Source of the DNA: Pavona decussata
Taxonomy: Eukaryota
Direction of reading: 5' to 3'
DNA length: 64,000 bases
Assembly (NCBI GenBank): GCA_977016875.1
Contig: CDRNST010000104.1
Coordinates: 2,728,001-2,792,000, forward strand
The notes under the pieces are model-generated. The model made no database searches, was not told the origin of the DNA, and worked only from the letters and a program-made list of their open reading frames with translations. The translations under genes and the position numbers were made by a program. Positions 45,133 to 57,087 of this stretch are shown here, in pieces; positions within the stretch are counted from its first letter, which is position 1, and every line of letters begins with the position of its first letter.

Positions 45133-47475
45133 AAAGAGAGGTGTCCCCTCTGACCTCTCACCTGACACTGTGATTCTTGTGTTGGTATCGTTTTCCCAAA
45201 CCACTACTCCTTTAGTTTACACTAACCATCCTCTAACGTTTGAATTCATTTCCAATTTTCAAGACAACAAATTCAACACTGGTTCAGATGGTAACTGGCA
45301 ACCTGAGCACGCCGGTACTAAAGTCCAGCGGTCTTCCAATTGGGAGGATGGCCTGGGTCATGGCGACATTGAGAAAAACAGGAAAGAGAAGAAACGACTG
45401 GAAACAAAAAGAGATGCAAACGAGAGATATCACGCGAAAATAGCCAGAGATTCTGCGGAAAAACGGCAGAAAGAACAGGCGAGACAAGACTACCATAGGT
45501 AAGTTATATTCCGAGAGCAATGTGCTTGCTTCGTATTGAGGGAGCGAGACTTACTTTAAGTGGACTTGGCGCGCTTTTCATTCAACCGTAAGGTTCGGTT
45601 CATCCAGTTGAAATACAAATGAAACGAGCAAATCAGACCTAAATTTTCAGGAATAACCGAACGAACTTCAGGGGTGCACGAGTTTTTCATTTCTGTCACG
45701 GATATTACAGCTCATTTGCACGAAATGTCCCTTACATCACGTGAGCTATTTTATCTACCAATGAGATTGCAAGTTTGCAACTGAAAACGAGGTTGTTTGC
45801 CCAATGGCAAAGCCTTACCTTCTGACTCGGCAAGTTTCTGGCATTTCCAACCGAAGCTACATGTTACAAATGGAAAGCACCCCAACCAGGTGGTTTCCCA
45901 TCCCACCCCTACCCCTTTGTCACTGATTACCCTCAGGTCTAACAAGAAGGAAGCCTGAGATCTCTCGATGAATTTTTTTCAGATTTTTTGTTCTCACCAA
46001 CATTTTTGTTGCCAAAGCCCGTAGGACAATTTCTCATCACACCAGTCTGTAATTATTATTATTATTATTTTTTTTTTTTTTTGCCGCCAAGGTCTTTCTT
46101 GTAATAAACGTACCAGTGCAGTTCTAGGAGAACCCCCCCCCCCCCCCAAAGTGAATGAGAAAACTAACGATGAAGTGTTCAAGGTGCACTGATTGTAAGA
46201 TTGTTGAGTGCAATGCCCAACGACCGCAATGAAAAAATCATGTTTCGCTGTTTGTAGAAAAATGGTTGATGATCGAAATCGGCAACTTGTCGAACAGTCG
46301 GCCGAGAAAACACGCCAAGAAAGCGACAGAATGGAGGGTAAAAGACAAGCAACTGAAAAGGTTTGCCAAAAGGAACGAGAGAGACAAGAAAAGGCCGAGA
46401 CATGGAAACACTCGAGGATAGAAACCATGAAAGAACGGAGAACACAACACGAAGAAATGGAGAACAGTTATGAGCGAGCCGCACAGGAATACGAGTCGCA
46501 AAGACTGGTAAGTAACGAAAGAAATCCTTCAACTTTGTATACGCAAAAACAAAACTTATGAGCGCTAATGCAAAAGCTGTGTGTGGCTAGCGTTGCTTTA
46601 GGGACGATTTCGTTCTATCCGGCTTTCTTTCCTTTTTTTTTTCTTTTTGTTCAAGCGTGAGATAATTGACTGATTAGGTTATTCCAGGTTGTGTTCAAAA
46701 TGCAGCCAACCGCTTTTAGAGTTTCACTGAGAGATTGGCGAAATGACGTTACTGTGAATATTCCAAAAGTTAATGTCAAGTGGAGCAGGGGTGTACTACT
46801 GTGACGTAAGCACTCTCCTCCCACTAATGTGGCCTGGGTTCCATTGACGCTACCGGTATCATATTTGTGTTAAGTTCATTATTGGTTCTCGTTTTTGCTC
46901 CGAGAGGCTTTTCTCCCTTACTCCGATTTTTCCTTCTCCTCAAAACCAATCCTCATTCCAATTCGACCTGGAACGTACGGACTCGTATTGAAGGAGTTCC
47001 TGGGAGCTGCAAGATGCTCCGTGGATAAAAGATTACATTTACAACTCAAACCCTTATAATTTTATGCGCTTTACACTCGATCCACATAAACGTTTTTCAC
47101 ATTTTAAACACAGCCATTTGTTACTTTTACTTTCAAACGTTTTCGGACTTGGTATTTTACTAATATTCAATTTTTGTTAACGAAATACAGTTCGATACGC
47201 CAATGTCGGGAAGATAAATGAAAACAATCTTCATTTTCTTTTGTTTTCAGAATGCGTACAAGGATCGTGAACAGCGAAGAGTGGATTCTCACCATGATAG
47301 ATTAGTGAGCGAAAGGAGAATGGAGCATGAAAGAGACGAACAGATGAAACAACGTGAAATGGATCGACAGACGAGAATAGACAAGATAAAAAGCACTGCA
47401 GAACGAAGGAAAGAACTGAGAATTCACGTGAAACAACAAAATGAACAGAAATATAGAGCAAGTATTCTTCCATGA
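40385..47475 (+). CDS. C11orf16: vWA + DUF4537 protein with repeat region and charged helical tail (C11orf16-like, VWA3B-related); join(40385..41419,41918..42137,42545..43006,43582..43818,44276..44416,45264..45498,46258..46507,47251..47475), ~934 aa
   Basis: vWA MIDAS VFLLDTSGSM...TNTMEAL...IYLVTDG; DUF4537-like VLARKDSDGLFY...GDKVLAPW...RYGPGTVLDG...VAFYNG...VAVRIP; all junctions GT-AG and in phase. Confidence 0.82.
44886..45131. mobile_element. MITE family ggacggtgcctacta; other copies at ~52204-52584 and ~62780-63099
   Basis: ggacggtgcctactaat / aatagtaggcaccgtcc; the internal block gcagatcttagcaagg(c/g)ctatt is shared between copies. Confidence 0.7.
46782..47043 (+). mobile_element. tRNA-derived SINE with V-domain-like core; deleted copy at 54712-54830 (-)
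   Basis: Decayed tRNA head (ggagcagggg...gcactctcctcccac.aatgtggcctgggttc) followed by ttggttctcgt...ctccgagagg.ttttctcc...ctccgattttt. Confidence 0.65.
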
Positions 47476-48701
47476 AACAGAAGGCGCGCGATATGGGGCG
47501 CTCTCTGATGCCCTATCCTCCACCTAAGCCGCACCACTGTTTCCTCAGAAACGTATCCCTTTACCTAATTTGCGATAGGGTGCGGATGTAATATTAAATT
47601 TTGAAGGTCAATTTCGAGCGGGGTTATACACATATTCCGGGTTTGTCCACCCCCCCCCCCCCACCCCACCACCACCACCACAATCAACATGGCGTCAGAA
47701 ACTGTGAAACGGTTTGTTCAGTTTTATTCTTGGTGAATAAGGTGCTAAACCCCAAAGTACGCAATATATAGAAATGAAAGAGGGATCCTTGTCGTATTTG
47801 TAAAGACACTGGATCTACGGATACTGGTACTTATTTTAAACTCGCGCGTAGCGTGCAGTACTTTTGTAAATTAGTGAAAAATAAACTTTATTCTGTTCAA
47901 TAGATAACCACGCGACAGATGAACGTGTGAATATATACCAAAATAAAAAATGCGAAAAAAACTACACAGAGTAAACTCTAAGTTCAAGAACTTGACGAAA
48001 AAACAGAGTGACGCAAGATTTTGTATGGAAAAATATTATCTGTAGTAACAAGGTTTTTCAAAACATATGCAACCGGCCAACCCCCGTAAAAGGAAGATTG
48101 GAGTCATTAGTCACTTGTCAAGAGGAAACGTTTCAATCAGAAACCTTCATATCTTTGAAGCGAGCATTTGCCGATGAAGGAAGGTTTAAGGTTCTAATCG
48201 ACAGGTCATCGGCTTTACGACATCATTTCACGCAGCTAAACTGAAGTTAAAATCTTTCAAACATGATGTGCACAGGGTTCAAACATGTCAACCTTAAAAA
48301 ACCGTGCTCCCTTTCTTCCCTATTTCTCTACTGTTACTCAGCACTTTGAGGTCGCGTTCGATTGAACGTAGTCAGGAGGGTAATGGGCTCCCGCCGTAGT
48401 ACAGAATTATGATGAACGAAATAGCCTCTACATTTCTCTTTTTAGGTACATTTAGGAGGGTGTATCCGTACAGTTTTAATGACACCTGATTTTTTATTTA
48501 GGTATTTTCTGTGCCAGTAACTCTTAAACCTCGTATGGGGGATTTTTAGTAGCGTTTACGCATCCCCGAATAAGACTAATCGCATGCAGGAATCTCCCGG
48601 TCATTACAGTTGGATGGAAAAAGAGGGACACGTCTGAGGATTTCCATCTTTTCCGAAACCTTTTCACTTGAATTAGCTGTAACAATGAAATTATTGTTAG
48701 A

Positions 48702-48894
48702 GAAAAATTTGTTTCTTGATCCTGTCATTATATCAAACAAAAAGGTTTCGTTTTCAGGATCGAAAATTTATGCTCAAGCACAAGCTTTCGATTCCCTCAC
48801 GGAATCTTTGTCAAGTGGACAAAGATTCCGTGAGGGAATCGAAAGCTTGTGCTTGAACATAAATTTCCGATCCTGAAAACGAAACCTTTTTGTT
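48702..48894 (-). mobile_element. Near-perfect 77-bp-arm palindrome interpreted as a minimal Penelope-type insertion with a U3-A8 hammerhead
   Basis: Arms 48736-48812 / 48818-48894 (2 mismatches); minus strand cac-TTGACAA-a-gattcc-gtga-g-ggaatc-GAAA-GCTT-gtg; flanking ttgttaga direct repeat (48694, 48890). Confidence 0.7.
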
Positions 48895-49066
48895 AGAATA
48901 AAAATTTTTAACCGAGAATTCCGGGTTTTGACGAAAGATGATGATCCCTCGATAGTCAATGACAACTGAGCTAATCAGATTCGAGTATTCGCGATAGACC
49001 ACAGTCTACATGGCAATGAGCTAAAACTAAGAGCGAGAAAAGAGCGCGCGTAGCTGACTAGCTTCA

Positions 49067-52000
49067 TTAGATCGGTTTTAACACGCTTGTGGCCGAATTA
49101 ATCGAGTGCGTCAACAAAGAAATTTCCTTTTTAACTACTTCCCAGTTTCCCGATTTTCTCGCCATATTCACGGCATGGTTTACCCGCGGGAAGTAGATAC
49201 CATCGTACAGGTTTGAGAGGTTTGGTCCATAAATAACATGCCTCAACTGTTTAAGATCGTTCGCTTCCACTGTTTGAATAAACGCTTTCTCTAGCTGCAT
49301 CATTTGATCGTTTACGACGCGGAAATCCTCTGGACCCATTTTCATCTTGTTTTGTTCAAACTCGCGCGACATTGCCACAAAATTCTTCACAGCGCGCGAG
49401 AATGCAGTCATATCGATATCATGTGCTTTAAAATGAGCGTTTGTCTCCAGTATTTGTGCTTTGGACTGTAATAACTGTCCATAGGTTGTCGTATTGAAAG
49501 GCAACAAAGCCGAGTCCGATATTTTGAGCAGAAAAATTCCCGCGTATTTCGCCACAGCCAGATGGGTTTTGAACTCGGGATCGATAAAAGTTTTAATCCA
49601 ATAATACGTGTCGTGTACAGAATGATAAACGGGGTAAGATCGCCTTATTCCGTACACCCCTCCGAAGATATACGACCAATCAGCCGAGGAAACTCCGATG
49701 AAGTGATAGAAGGCAACATAATCGCTGCCGAAAGCTAGATTGTCACAGACTGGTGAGCCGTTGACATTCTTCGTAACATCCCTCTCCAGCATCACATCAT
49801 ACATGCTTCTACAAGCGTGCGAAACTGTGGGATCACAAACTTCTTTGGTTAAGGAAACAGCAACGTCTTGAAGCAAAGGATTCGCGTCAACGTTAATGCT
49901 AAAGTTACCGTTTACAGCCACGTCCATGTTAAGATACGCAACTGCTCGATCTTGGAGAATCTGAGCATTCTCTTCTACCCATTCGGCTGACCCAACAACA
50001 AAAATCTCTTCTGCATCCCAACTGCAAAGCATTATGGTCCGGCGCGGCCTCCATCCCGCTTTCAGCAGTTCACCCAAACCACGTGACACCTCCATGAGCA
50101 CAGACGTGCCGCTGACCGCATCAGCTCCGCCGAACACCCAAGCGTCTCGGTGGTTTCCCATGAGCACATAGCGGTCGGGTTCCTCCTTACCCCTGATCTG
50201 ACCAATCACGTTGTAAATGGTTCTTCTCTCCAGTTTATTATTTACCTCCATTCTCAGCGTAAGAGACTCGTCTTCAAACCCAGGCCCCAGGTGATATGTG
50301 AGTTCCAGGCCGCCTTGCCATTCCTTGGGTGCTGCAGGCCCTTCAGAGAGAAAATTGGCATCAAATGTACTTAACCAGGAGCCCATGACTAGGAGCCTGT
50401 ATCTGGATTAGCTGCTTGAGTCAACCCGCTTTCCCGACTAGTATAAGAATTTTCATTGTTATGCTGCACCTTTATGGCATGGCACACGCGGAGATACTAA
50501 GATATGGGCAAAAATAATTTCCGCGCATGCGAAGAAGTGCAACAGGATGGAGGTTTCCGTCGCTGAGGGGAGGTGGGTGAGGCAAAAGGGAAACTCTGAA
50601 CAGACCTCTCGGGACATAAACGCATATTAGAACGATTACAAGCATAGAGGGCGTATAAATACTATGCTTAATACCTATGGGAATTACGAAGGTCTCAAGA
50701 GGAAATGTGAGCTAATTTATGCAGCGCGCGAGACCATTTCGAAGCAATCATACCAATGAAAATATTGGCAGACCTTTTCAGTTTAGCCATTGAACAGCAA
50801 CAAAACAGTGAAGGTTGTTTGTGTTCATAGTGGTGTACAAAGTAACTTTGGGTCGGTAGTTTTCTGTTGTTAGACCAATGTTACAAACTATTGTTACTGG
50901 ACGGTCTTGGTAGTTGGTAGTAAGCTATACTTACCTTTCATTCGTCGCAAAATCTCCTTCGCATCCCCAAAAGACATGGCCATAGAAGGAATTGTGGGTA
51001 ATCCACTCTGGTTGAGTGGCTGTCGGTATATTCCGTCAACAGCGGGGAAGCCTGGGGTGAGTGGATCTCCAGGCCCCTTCTCGCCCATAGCTGATCCACG
51101 CTGCATGCCGGAGTCTGGGAGCCACCAAGAATTTGGGAATGTGTTTTGGGGTCCTTCAGGAGCAAACTGCGCAGGGTCCGTATATATAATGGCCCCGGAT
51201 GCGCCGTGTGAGGCAGCATTGTAGACCTTGCAAACGAAAAGAAGCGCATTGTGTGATGTTTTCTCAAACATGTTATCTCAGTAGAGAGAAAAACTGGCCA
51301 GAAAAGGCGCGCGAAAAAAGAAAACAAAAGAAATCATTTGTTATTCACAATGCTTGAAATAAACATGGCATTGTGGAGTGTGCGTGTGTGTACGGAGGGG
51401 GGGGGGGTGTGCGTGTGTGTACGGAGGGGGGGGGGTGAATGAGGGATGGGAGAGGATGCCACGAGGAGACTCGTTGTGTCCCAAAGCTTTTGACCAGGAT
51501 TAGAAGAGGAGGGAGGGTGGTTATTTTAATAAAGATGTTTCTACGATTTCAGTAAGTCACCAGCAACTGAATGCTAGCTTAGTCAACGAGAAGTAACCAC
51601 TGTGTTTCAACAACTACAAGACAGCTTATGTCAAAGTGACAGAGCACATCATTAGTCGTCAACAAACTCTCACACTCTTGAGTCTACAAGCGTAGCAGGT
51701 AACGGCGAACCATTAGGGCAACATAAGTAAAACCCTGCACCCTGTCCGTACTGTCCAGTACAAATATGTTTTTGGCGATTCAAAGTGACAATGCCCCTTT
51801 AATTATTCCTGTAAAACCTTGAATACCCTATTTTTCTTTCCCGCATGGTTGTAAACCACACACAAATACCTTTCATCAAATTATTCTAAAATTGTAAATA
51901 CGAACTCCTCCACATGAGGAAAATACTCACCAACACCCAACAGGGAGATATCTAGTGAATTCTACAAGCCAATTTTTTTTTAACAATTTTTTGCGTGACA

Positions 52001-55000
52001 AAATGGCAGAACTTGAAAAATAATGCTGGCAACTCATTTTCGTGCTGACCATCCGTAACCAAAGCCACTCAGTGATAAATAGTTTCAGTGTACTATCGTT
52101 GTAACGCTTCAATAACTTATGTAAACTATGATTTTAGGTTTCCGTCGGTGTGACTGCGACTATGAGCTTTTCAAAGTGCCGCAAGGATAGCGGACAAAGC
52201 TCCTTAAAGAATGGTTCCTCCTTTTGCTACAGCGCATGCGTTCCGCGCATCTCGGAATGGACCAAGAAACTCTGGTTTCTTAAGGACGATCCATGCTATT
52301 TCAAAGGTGTTTTTGAGCGGCTTGTGACTATGTGGAAAAAGAGGATCTTAGCAAGGACTATTGAAATCGAATTAGAAAACAGGGGTAACCACGCATTTTC
52401 ATACACAATTAAGCCTTACTTTGGAAAAAATGCCATGTATTTTAAAGTTTTGTTTAGAATTGTTGTTACTTACAAGTTATCTCTGAGAAATGCGTGGTTA
52501 CTCTCAATGTTGCAAACATCTGCTTTTTCCCTTTTGTCGTAAATAACGCACAAAAGACATCTATGTTAGGTGGGACTGTCATTAAAAACCAGTCTTCAGC
52601 AAACGCTGTATCACAAATTTATATCACATACCTTATTCCCCCTAAATACTCTTCCTTGACGAATGATAACAATTTTACCCTTGACTGACACACCCATGCC
52701 TTTCAGCTTTTTAAAATCCTTTTCAGTTCCAAAGTTGGCGTACACGACCTCTCCCTTTACCACCCCACTGGGGGAGTAGCCGAGGAAGACTGGCATTCCT
52801 TTGGCTTTTCGTTCATCTTCGCGTAAAACCTGTTGATTTGAAAAAAGAATGTTATTGATGGCCTAGGATGATCAGGTCCTCCACCACTGCCGAGTATAAA
52901 AATCGTACTTTTAGCGCCGGGAAAAGTCGCATCACAGGTAAGCTGTACACCGCCGTCCACAGTTCTTTATGCACCATTTTAATTATAACAGGGACGTGTT
53001 GCCCAGAAGGACAAGGAGCAGTGACAAACTTAGACTCCCGTCTGTAAAAATTAGAATGTACGAAAAAAGCCTTTTTTATCTGGCTGTGTAATTTTTAATC
53101 AGAATTTTAATCAGATTTAGATTTTTAGTTTTTACTTTATATGACATTTTATAGCTATTTTTATTGTACTTAATTATCATTATTATTTCCACTCAATTCA
53201 GTTTATTATATAGGGCCTCTATGGATAGCAGTTTTTATCTTGTACAAAAACTGAAGGAATTACCCTATTAAAATAAAGGTTTCTTATCTTATCTTATTTT
53301 CCTCCACTTTGGTTTCAAGCATAGCACTGGCTAAATTCATTCATCCTTCGTTATCGACGCATAAAGACGAATATTTCTCCTACTACTACAGCATCATTTA
53401 AAACTCATTTTAGCACAGTAAAACCGATGATGAGGATATAAATTTACACTTGTCGCTCTTTTTACCGCAACGTTTACTGATCGAGCACAAGTTGTAGTTT
53501 AAATCGTGTGTGCAAACTAGCGGCGATTTCAGCCCGATTCATCGCCGCGATAACACAGGGTTTCGAACATGTTTAACATTTGTTGGAGGATTTGTCAGAA
53601 AAAGGAAGAGTGATACCACGCTGGCAGCTGGTTCATACACGTGTAGACGCTCTTTGGGCGGCTTCACGCATTCATTCCCTTGGGAGAGGAATTGATGCGT
53701 GACGAGCCTAAAGAACGTCCGAGAAGGAGGCTAATACACCTGCGATGTGAAACACGCACGAGAAAAATTGCAGAGAAGTGCTAGAGGAGTTGCACCAAAG
53801 ATCGCATTTGTAAACGGGGCTTATTAAAGGGACTATGTCACCCCAGGCGCATGCGAGCGTTGATGAGAAGCACTTTAAAATCGTTGGCACGACTTTTTCA
53901 AATACCGTAACTGGTTTGAACCCAGGAGTCATGCCATAAGTACGTAAATTATGATCATCCGGGTGAGTGTAGTCCTGAGAACGACTCAATCTGGAAAGCT
54001 GGTTTACTAACTAAGAACAAAGGCCACTCAACAGTTGCCTACAACTACAATTAAGCGAGTAACTAACGTGGAAAGTTGATACAAGTTTATTTCTACTTGC
54101 CTTTTCATCGGGGTGTGACTCAAACACAACCTTGCCATCTCGGTGAATTTCTACTCTGCTCCGCTTTGAATCTTGATGCGGAAAATTCATTAAGACATCG
54201 TACTTTGCCATTTCTACATGATCAAATCCATAACTTCGCCATTTCGCCTCAATGTGACGCGCCAAATCGTTATTCCGTTTGGAACTGGCAAAATGAGGCT
54301 CTTGAGAAAAATACCTGTGTTATACAAAATCCATTATTATCCTTTCTCAACTTCCGCGGAATTTAACCTCCCTCCCCCTCCCCCCTTGAAAATAAGTCCT
54401 TCCTCCCCACCATTCCAATTCATATGCAAATGTTTAGGCTGTTTGTTAGTGTCAAGCACAACCAATTGAAGACGTACTGAAATAAGACTGTCCGAAAAAA
54501 TGCCCTGAAACTAAATATATTCCGAATATTCACGGCAGATCTGGCAATAATTTTTATTCCATCAGTAATTTTAAAGGATTTCTGACACCGAGCGAAAGAT
54601 TATCTCTCTACCACATCTGTAAAAAATATCGACTTGTGTTCAAACGACCTTACTCATATCCCTATCAAATTGTTTCCATCTAGAGTAAGTAATCTATTAA
54701 ACGTCAATAACACCGAGAACGCTGAGAAAAACCTCTCGGAGCAAAGACGAGAACCAACAACAAACTCAAACCCGGGCCACACTGATGGGAGGCGAGTGCT
54801 CTCACCACCGTGCAACTCCCGCTGCCCCTTTCTCTCATGAAAATAATAATTAATAATTTAATAATTTATTACTTATTCGGCGCAAATATCTATATGAATA
54901 TATTCAAATGCGCCTTACAAGTTACAGTAAAATAATAATAAAATAATAAAACTAAAATAAAAACGGGTCATTAGCTGAGTTAAAGAAAGAAAAAAGAAAA

Positions 55001-56238
55001 GAGAACAACAAACTGAAAAAGAATCATTTGACAAATACATGAAATAAAATAATACATTAAAATAACATTTAGCGTGCGACGGGCGAAAGCGAAAGTCGGT
55101 TGCGCGAACGAGCAGCAAAGCCGCGAAGAGATAGTGCCGCTTACACTGCCCATGGCGGCTCCGCCTCCGAAATTTCCTATTCGCCGGCGGACAAGGACTT
55201 TCAGATAAGAGTAAAGGAACGAGATTGGTATGAGTACAACTTTTAAATTTCTAATCAGTAACATCCCCGAAACTCTCGCTCCTTCCCGTTGTTTACTAAC
55301 AGATAAGGAGAGCCAAGGAACTAGACTGGTGTGCAAATGATTATCTAAACCACGCAAACTACACTTGAAATAGTCGTACTCGTAGTCAAATCTGAAAGTC
55401 CCTAAAACGGCCAGCTTGGCAGTGACACGCCACTTCGCAAAATTCCGCCGGCATACGAAGGGCTGATTTATTACCTGTCAGAATCATTGTAAAATGTATA
55501 CAAAGCATATCAAACTTTGGAAATACCCGAGAAAAGGGAGCAGGCAATGAAACAGAGGACTTTGAAAAACAAATTGTTTGGCCGGGCGATGGTCTTAGGT
55601 TCGACTCCTGATAGGAGCACTCGGATTTTTTTCCGAGTATGCCTGTGTCACTAACTGAATACGCATCATTCTCGAATTAAAGGTTGTTAACAGCTATGAG
55701 GTAAAGATTTTTGTATCTTTCTCGGAAATCTTCGAACACCTTCAGAATTCTTCAATAATCCTTGGTACTTTTCTGAGAATGAAAAAACCTCTGCCTGTAC
55801 GCTTGCTACATATATTTGCGGGTTTGAGATTTTTCAGTCTTAATTAATATGCAACTTTCAGCCGGATCATCAAATAATCTCGTTTTTCACTGCAGTTTAA
55901 AAGACATTATCACCAGGGAGCTGTCAAACTCTTTATAAACCACCATGAAGAAAATCCATCTTTAAGAAATTGACTTAACGATTCTGAGATACTCACCGCA
56001 CATTTTCCTCGAGATTTTTGGCCTTCAATGAGTTCAACAGTTGTGATTTAAAATCAGAGGTAGAACGGCGGTTTAACACCTCGAAGCGGCCTAACGCCGG
56101 ATAACTTGAGTTTGTGAAGTACCCACATAAAAAAGAAGCACAAACTACGACCACAATGGAGGAAACGCTCAAGAAGAACTTGAAAAAAGGTTTGACACAG
56201 CTTCTTTCCGAGATGGTTGGGCTTCTGTTTAAATCCAT
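49067..56238 (-). CDS. Type II membrane M28B metallopeptidase (glutamate carboxypeptidase II/NAALADase-like); join(55997..56238,54101..54314,52632..52829,50935..51226,49067..50340), ~739 aa
   Basis: N-terminal TM; PA domain GEVVYANFG...GKIVIIRQGRVFRGNKV; GPGDPLTPG; zinc/catalytic motifs GNHRDAW, GADAVSG, SWDAEE, YLNMD, YHS; TfR-like dimerisation domain VNDQMMQLEKAF...RHVIYGP. Intron 2 uses a probable GC donor. Confidence 0.92.
52990..53300 (+). mobile_element. 3' end of an L2/CR1-group LINE
   Basis: RRTRSSDKLRLPSVK... ORF end, T-rich UTR, tagggc...accctattaaaataaa and (tctta)n tail. Confidence 0.5.
53905..53990 (-). mobile_element. Probable PLE terminal-repeat tail fragment
   Basis: tctcaggactacactcacccggatgatcat...atgactcctgggttcaaacc, recognised from memory as a PLE-associated repeat; no second copy in the window. 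Confidence 0.35.
54843..54990 (-). mobile_element. L2-type 3' tail remnant
   Basis: Minus strand tgtaaggcgcatttga...ttgcgccgaataagtaataaa(tta)n. Confidence 0.5.
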
Positions 56239-56666
56239 TTTGCCACGATTTGACCTGACCTGTTGCTTATATCTAGAGGCTACAAACACCTGTCATAGGC
56301 AAACAATTACAAGACAATGCATGGTCGAATTTCTTAGCGTTAGGTGCTTACGGAATGGAACAAATTTTAGTTGCAGTTTGGCATATCTTTGACGCCAGTG
56401 ATTATTGGATTTACTGTTGTGAGATTAAAAAAAAGCCTTAAAAGAGACGTCACGGGTAATTCCACGTTTGGACTTTTTCGTCTCAAACGGTACGGGCTTC
56501 TGCGAGCCAATCAGCTATCGAGAATCCGCTTCACCGCGCGCTCAATGGCGGGGCGCCATTTGACAAAATAACAATCCCGGCCTTCAACAGTACAAGCACG
56601 AAATCGCTGGTGTTTCTGCGGCAATACTTAAGAGTTGTTGTTCCAATGAATTGATCTTAACGAACA

Positions 56667-57087
56667 GGGCCCAGTTGATCAAAGTCCGATTGAACTAATC
56701 CTGAATTAACGTGAACTATGATTCCAGTTTAGTGACTACAGTCAACTCCCGCCTTGCGGACACCTCGCTACAGTACGAACACCCGGATAATATGGACAGC
56801 ACCTTAATTCCCGGCAAAAATAAATTACAGACGTTTGACTGAAAACAAATTCCCGCTATTACGGACTCTCGCTATTAAGGACACTAACTCGCGGTCCCGA
56901 GAGTATTCGCAATAAAGGGAGTTGACTGCAATCATTAAAGAATCTTCCAAAGATTTCTGTCCCTCAGTTTTTTACTTAGACTTGTCTTTGACGTTATCTT
57001 AAAAATACACTTTTAATGGGCGAGATGAAAAACCTCGGTTAGCTTTTAATCGTGGATCAAATCGGCTTTCGAACAACCCGCGGCCCC
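56667..57087. mobile_element. MITE with a nested pogo-like MITE (56739-56928)
   Basis: Outer gggcccagttgatcaaagtccgatt / aatcggctttcgaacaacc...ggccc; inner cagtcaactccc...gggagttgactg. Confidence 0.65.

Noticed and set aside
51378-51435. Tandem duplicate gtgtgcgtgtgtgtacgga(g)n and many poly-G/C runs
   Set aside because: Low-complexity slippage or assembly artefact; no supportable function.
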